DNA of 21,283 nucleotides, from contig JAYFMW010000002.1 in assembly GCA_042408215.1 (NCBI GenBank), forward strand, positions 1 to 21,283. The letters run 5' to 3'. The translations under genes and the position numbers were made by a program. Below are positions 17,092-21,283 of the stretch, piece after piece (position 1 is the stretch's first letter; every line of letters begins with the position of its first letter). Origin of the DNA: Microcoleus sp. GTDB lineage: Bacteria > Cyanobacteriota > Cyanobacteriia > Cyanobacteriales > Microcoleaceae. The notes beneath the pieces are model-generated. The model was not told the DNA's origin, did no database searches, and saw only the letters and a list, made by a program, of their open reading frames with translations.

Positions 17092-18444
17092 TCACTTAAT
17101 TCGGTACGTTTCGACAAACCGTGCTGGCGATCGCACTAAACTGCCATTCCAGTTTTCGATACAACTTTCAGCGAAAGTTTTGCCTGTTTCTACAATTGTT
17201 TTGAGGGGTTCCAAGTATTCTAGTACTTTGGGATCTTCCAGACCTAAATTAATCCGGTGTTGAAGTCCCTCTTCTGCTAGTCGAATGACTTCTTTTGCCA
17301 GTGAGGCTATCGGTTTTCCACAGTACTGTGCTGAAAGTCCTCGCCGTGCAGCATCAGCTCGTGCTACTTGGTGTTGTTCGATCGTACAATCTTTGAGTAA
17401 TTGCCAGACAGAATCGCAGGAGGGACGGTGATAGAGAATACCTACCCAGAAAGCGGGAACGGCTGGAATTGCCTCAAAAGGAGGACCATCGGGAGCCCGC
17501 AACTCAATAGTCTCGCGGGTGCGAACATCCGGCCAAAGCTGACAGAGGTGGTTTCGCCAATCAACTAGAGTAGGATATCGTCCATCAGGAAATCCGTCTG
17601 CCAGCACCGCTGCAAACGTACAACCTTCTCCACTTTTGTACTCTCCATCGGTTGCGTAAAAAATCACTTCATTGTTAAGCGCCCAGTCGATATAGTCATC
17701 TATCGTTACATCCTCTTTCAGCGCCCTATGGATCAGACCGCTTCTTCGGGAATCGGTCTTGAACCAATGCTCAGTGCGACGTGACAGCGAACCGCGCGAT
17801 TCTCCATCCTCAAGCGGAGAATTAGCAAACAAGGCAACAACTATTGGTGTCAAGGACACTGATGTGCGAAGTTTGCAGATTAAATCCTCTTCCGAAGTAT
17901 AGTCTAGTGTTGTCTGGGTAGAAATAGTATGAGCCATAATCTGCTCTCCACCTGAACCAGGATCGCCCAGGGCAGTGAAGTGTTCACGCATGAACTTACC
18001 GTATGGCTTGGGCATCCAATTAGCATTCTCAACGGTATTGAAAGGGAAAATACCACCAGGAACTAGAGCCAAATTAAGCGTACTGGCAGTTTCAGCTAGC
18101 CTCCGGAGAGATTGCTGCATCGTTACAATCAGCTCGATCAGGTTCTGTGTGACTGGCGAACAGTATTCGATAGCCCCACCATGCTCAAATGTGATTTTGG
18201 CACCATCATTCATATCTACTTGTGTGAGTAATTCACCCTTGTAGGCGGGCTGTCCAATTCCATCGCGAACAAATGCTTCAAGCAACGCTCGCATACCCCT
18301 TTGCCCCTCATACGGCAGCGATCTCCCTGTGTCTCGATCGAGCACGGCTATCTCAATTTCGAGACCGATTTTTTCATCGACTCCTGGCTGCTTGTGAAAC
18401 AGGCTGCGTAAATCTCCTCTTGTGAGCTTTGATGACATGTTCAT
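17092..18444 (-). CDS. Glutamate--cysteine ligase family 2 (GCS2/EgtA-like) gamma-glutamyl ligase
   Basis: IGLEIE, TFEHGGAIEY, WMPKP, STQTTLD, ALFANSP, WPDVR, IELRAPD, AFWVGILY. Confidence 0.88.
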   Translation of the reverse strand: MNMSSKLTRGDLRSLFHKQPGVDEKIGLEIEIAVLDRDTGRSLPYEGQRGMRALLEAFVRDGIGQPAYKGELLTQVDMNDGAKITFEHGGAIEYCSPVTQNLIELIVTMQQSLRRLAETASTLNLALVPGGIFPFNTVENANWMPKPYGKFMREHFTALGDPGSGGEQIMAHTISTQTTLDYTSEEDLICKLRTSVSLTPIVVALFANSPLEDGESRGSLSRRTEHWFKTDSRRSGLIHRALKEDVTIDDYIDWALNNEVIFYATDGEYKSGEGCTFAAVLADGFPDGRYPTLVDWRNHLCQLWPDVRTRETIELRAPDGPPFEAIPAVPAFWVGILYHRPSCDSVWQLLKDCTIEQHQVARADAARRGLSAQYCGKPIASLAKEVIRLAEEGLQHRINLGLEDPKVLEYLEPLKTIVETGKTFAESCIENWNGSLVRSPARFVETYRIK

Positions 18445-18473
18445 TAAGTAAGGTTGTTAGTGAGAATTTTACC

Positions 18474-18512
18474 CCATGTAGAGACGCACTGAATGAAAGT
18501 GTCTCTACATGG
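18474..18512. repeat. REP-like palindrome CCATGTAGAGAC...GTCTCTACATGG
   Basis: 12-bp perfect arms just upstream of the GCS2 start. Confidence 0.7.
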
Positions 18513-18535
18513 TTTATCGGTTAATCAATCAGCTT

Positions 18536-18692
18536 TAGGGCTTACGTATTGACAGAATGAACGGTATAGGGTATGATGTTGGGGCATTAATCTCTGATTG
18601 TTCCAATATGAGCGATTGCGATCCGCGCACTGCCCCTTGGTCGAATTCCGTCAATACACATCAGTTCCAATTTGTACAGTGGGTAAATCCTA
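18536..18692. mobile_element. Degenerate MITE of the AGGACTTACGCA family in the divergent promoter region
   Basis: tagggcttacgtattgacagaat ... attccgtcaatac ... tgggtaaatccta. Confidence 0.5.
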
Positions 18693-18748
18693 GCCTAGTA
18701 AGAATTTTCGCATAACTTGGTATAGTAAGAAAGATAGACCTCGATTTT

Positions 18749-18768
18749 CCCCCCCCCCCAAAAAAAAA
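18749..18768 (+). repeat. C11-A9 homopolymer tract
   Basis: cccccccccccaaaaaaaaa, followed by tggggaaa which can pair with ttttcccc. Confidence 0.85.
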
Positions 18769-18843
18769 TGGGGAAATTCCCATAAGGATTAGTATTTCGA
18801 GAAAAATCAATCCAAAGTTGTAGTATTTTTCCTCAACAATGTA

Positions 18844-19833
18844 ATGGTGACGAATCCAGTAGCACTGCCAGAGCCACAGACAAAATTGACCTCAAGTCTG
18901 ATACCAGTTAGTTTATTGTTAGTAGCAGTATTAACCCTGTCCTTCGCAGCAATATTCATCAGATGGAGCGAACAGTACATCGGTCCTAGTGCCACAGTTT
19001 TTAATCGTTTCTGGATATCCTTTGTCATTCTAGGACTAGTGCAAGGAATCAGATCCTTCATTTCCCTATTTTTTCGTGATTCTCCCACACAACAACAGAC
19101 TTACACCCTAGAAGATGTGTTGCTTTTGCTAGCATCGGCTGCTGTAACATCTATTTCCCAAATTTCCTGGGCTTGGTCTGTGACTCAAACTAGTGTTGCC
19201 AACTCTAATTTACTGCATAACTTAGCACCTATTTTTACTACTCTGGGTGGATGGTTGCTATTGGGTCATCGCTTTAATAGCAAATTCTTGATAGGAATGG
19301 CTCTTGCTATGGGGGGTGCGTTCACTATTAGCATTCAAGATTTGCACATTGCTGGCGATCACCTTGTTGGTGATGTTTTGGCTTTACTCTCTGCCGTGTT
19401 TTATGCAGGGAATTTTCTAGTCTCAGAAAAACTAAGAGTTAAGTTTTCCACAGCAACGATATTACTTTGGTCTTGTTTTTTCAGAAGTTGTATAACCTTG
19501 CCAGTAGCTCTATTCACTGAAAATCAAATATTTCCTTCCTCCTTACAAGGATGGTTAGCAGTTATTTCCTTAGCTGTTGTTTGCCAAGTCATCGGTTCAG
19601 GAATACTTATTTATAGCGTCAAGCGGTTTTCATCAGGGTTTACTTCTATGTTTCTTCTGCTAGAGCCGATTATTACAGCTATACTTGCCTGGCTCGTCTT
19701 TGATGAAAGCCTAAGCCCTCTCAACTTGTTAACTTTTTTCGTGGTTTTAGTTGGTATATACCTAGCTAAATCCGGTCAAGGAGCTGATAAGGTAGAAACT
19801 CAAATTGTTGGGGTAGATATGGCAACTGAATAA
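18844..19833 (+). CDS. EamA/DMT-family transporter (about 10 TM)
   Basis: LSFAAIFIR, VFNRF, TSVANSNLL, GDVLALLSAVFYA, LLEPIITAILAW. Confidence 0.92.
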   Translation: MVTNPVALPEPQTKLTSSLIPVSLLLVAVLTLSFAAIFIRWSEQYIGPSATVFNRFWISFVILGLVQGIRSFISLFFRDSPTQQQTYTLEDVLLLLASAAVTSISQISWAWSVTQTSVANSNLLHNLAPIFTTLGGWLLLGHRFNSKFLIGMALAMGGAFTISIQDLHIAGDHLVGDVLALLSAVFYAGNFLVSEKLRVKFSTATILLWSCFFRSCITLPVALFTENQIFPSSLQGWLAVISLAVVCQVIGSGILIYSVKRFSSGFTSMFLLLEPIITAILAWLVFDESLSPLNLLTFFVVLVGIYLAKSGQGADKVETQIVGVDMATE

Positions 19834-19868
19834 GGTGGCAGATAAACAATACCTAAGTATCATATAAA

Positions 19869-20021
19869 ACTAGCCCTTTCAAGCTGGGTCAAAATCACCG
19901 GAAATTTTGCCCAATTGGGGGCTTTTCATCTTTGTGTATTTGGGGTGCAAAAGTCAAGTTATTGACCACTAAGACACTAAGACAAATACACTATTTAAAT
20001 TGACACATTAAAAGGGCTAGT
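19869..20021. mobile_element. Possible MITE with imperfect ~25-bp TIRs
   Basis: actagccctttcaagctgggtcaa / ttgacacattaaaagggctagt; internal actaagac repeats. Confidence 0.45.
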
Positions 20022-20053
20022 CCTATTATAATTATAGTATTTATATAGTATTT

Positions 20054-20728
20054 ATGATGTCACCAACAAACTTGTACGCAGGTTATATGCGCCTGTCTAC
20101 GGCTGAGGTATCCGATAGCCTCAACTCATTTGGATACTGTGGTGCTTTGAAGGGTATCCGAGCGCACCAATGGGGACTAAAATTTTTTGGACCCGCTTTT
20201 ACAGTAACCAGAACTACCAATGACGATCCAAATTACTGCGAGGCCAGTGAATTTCTTGACCAAGTCCCGGCTGGATATGTGATCGTTATTGATAATCTGG
20301 GAATTACTGACAGTACCTGTTGGGGGGGAATTCTGACAGCTTGCGCCAAGAACAAGCAGATTCAAGGAACAGTCATCAATGGTGTTTACCGCGATGCTGA
20401 AACAGTTCGAGCATTAAACTACCCAGTATTTTCCAAAGGTGTATTCATGGTGACTGGAAAAGGGAGAACTCGATTGAAAGGACTGAATATACCTGTGAAT
20501 ATTGAAGGCGTTACCATTCATCCTAGCGATCTAATTTTTGGGGATGCCAATGGAGTTGTAGTTATTCCCTTTGAAAAAGCTGAAGAAGTGCTTACTAGAG
20601 CAGAGCACATTCAAGATGTAGAAAAGCAAATTGAAAGGTTAGTTGTGTTTGAAGGACTACCTCTGCGTGAAGCCCGTGAAATCATGAAATACAACCAACT
20701 TACTAAGATCTCCGGCTCACACTCCTGA
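20054..20728 (+). CDS. RraA-family / 4-hydroxy-4-methyl-2-oxoglutarate (HMG) aldolase-like protein
   Basis: STAEVSDSL, GPAFTV, VIVID, WGGIL, INGVYRD, DLIFGDANGVVVIP. Confidence 0.88.
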   Translation: MMSPTNLYAGYMRLSTAEVSDSLNSFGYCGALKGIRAHQWGLKFFGPAFTVTRTTNDDPNYCEASEFLDQVPAGYVIVIDNLGITDSTCWGGILTACAKNKQIQGTVINGVYRDAETVRALNYPVFSKGVFMVTGKGRTRLKGLNIPVNIEGVTIHPSDLIFGDANGVVVIPFEKAEEVLTRAEHIQDVEKQIERLVVFEGLPLREAREIMKYNQLTKISGSHS

Positions 20729-20769
20729 AAATTATCATGAATCATTTCTGAGGGGGGTAAAGCCGGGAG

Positions 20770-20828
20770 GTAGAGTCGAGGGGAGTGTTGCCACTCCACC
20801 CCTCTCTTCCGAAACCGTGCGTGCGGTT
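20770..20828 (-). mobile_element. Group II intron 3' fragment (3' half of domain V, domain VI, terminal AC)
   Basis: Minus strand AACCGCACGCACGGTTTCGGAAGAGAGGGGTGGAGTGGCAACACTCCCCTCGACTCTAC. Confidence 0.75.
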
Positions 20829-20854
20829 AAACTAAGCGATTCCCTTGCGCGTGA

Positions 20855-20895
20855 ACCTCTCGTCTTCAGAACCGGACGTGAGACTTTCGCGTCAT
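20855..20895 (-). mobile_element. Second group II intron fragment (most of domain V)
   Basis: Minus strand ATGACGCGAAAGTCTCACGTCCGGTTCTGAAGACGAGAGGT (GAAA loop, CACGTCCGGTTC); the 5' GAGCCGG is missing. Confidence 0.7.
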
Positions 20896-20927
20896 TTGAA
20901 TTCATTTTTATTTTATTTTATTTCACT

Positions 20928-21283
20928 TTAACTAGGTAGATATATCGCACCTATTCGCCACCTTACTAACCCATATACTGCTAAAATTACTTGTTCGTAA
21001 TTACCGGATTTTATCCGAAATATTTCCGCAGCTATTCGGTAAATTTTGACTCCTCTAATTATATGTTATACAACTACTATTTTTGGGGCGCGTTCTCGAT
21101 TTTCACTTGTTTGCTCTGTTGTTAAATCTTTGTTTTTCGTTTTTTTATGAGGTGCCGATATTGCCTGGTCTCCTACATAAGCTTGATCTCCTTGAAAGAG
21201 TTGAGCATCGCTTAATTCTTTTTGGCGTGACCGCCATTAATATCACTTGTTGATCCAGGTTCTCCTACCACTACATCTACTAT
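20928..21283 (-). pseudogene. DDE_Tnp_4 (IS5/ISL2-like) transposase C-terminal remnant, running off the window
   Basis: IVDVVVGEPGSTSDIN / frameshift / RQKELSDAQLFQGDQAYVGDQAISAPHKKTKNKDLTTEQ..VV*HIIRGVKIYRIAAEIFR..GLVRWRIGA; stop at 21066-21068. Confidence 0.8.

Noticed and set aside
17092..18444. gshA or egtA gene symbol
   Set aside because: Acceptor-site motifs diverge and there is no gshB or egtBCD context
7528..20728. Guanitoxin, aetokthonotoxin or Bes cluster identity
   Set aside because: Only fold-level overlap; the kinase, methyltransferases, halogenases and PLP gamma-lyase of those pathways are absent
1879..20799. Numerous 60-160 aa ORFs antisense to or nested in the main genes
   Set aside because: Shadow ORFs with no recognisable motifs

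Overview
Genomic DNA from a filamentous cyanobacterium, probably Oscillatoriales/Microcoleus-like (inferred from HIP1 GCGATCGC sites, an XisI gene and typical cyanobacterial small repeats). Bases 1-7400 hold a repeat-riddled REase-like pseudogene, a CrhC/RhlE DEAD-box helicase, an IS607 element whose TnpB has the rearranged Fanzor2-like ('pro-Fanzor') RuvC site, a trhO-GST pair, a small hypothetical gene and an unannotated xisI pseudogene. Bases ~7500-20730 hold the main finding: an NRPS/PKS-free putative biosynthetic cluster for a non-proteinogenic amino acid or small peptide. It encodes an Ntn acylase, a class IV PLP aminotransferase, a GspS-like ATP-grasp ligase, an OSBS/NAAAR-like enolase-superfamily enzyme, a DmpG-like aldolase, a heme-oxygenase-like diiron oxidase, a GCS2 gamma-glutamyl ligase, an EamA exporter and an RraA/HMG aldolase. 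A tnpB-only IS605 element sits exactly between its two convergent operons without changing either protein. The right end has two group II intron 3' fragments and a DDE_Tnp_4 transposase pseudogene. All assignments come from reading motifs by eye; no searches were run.
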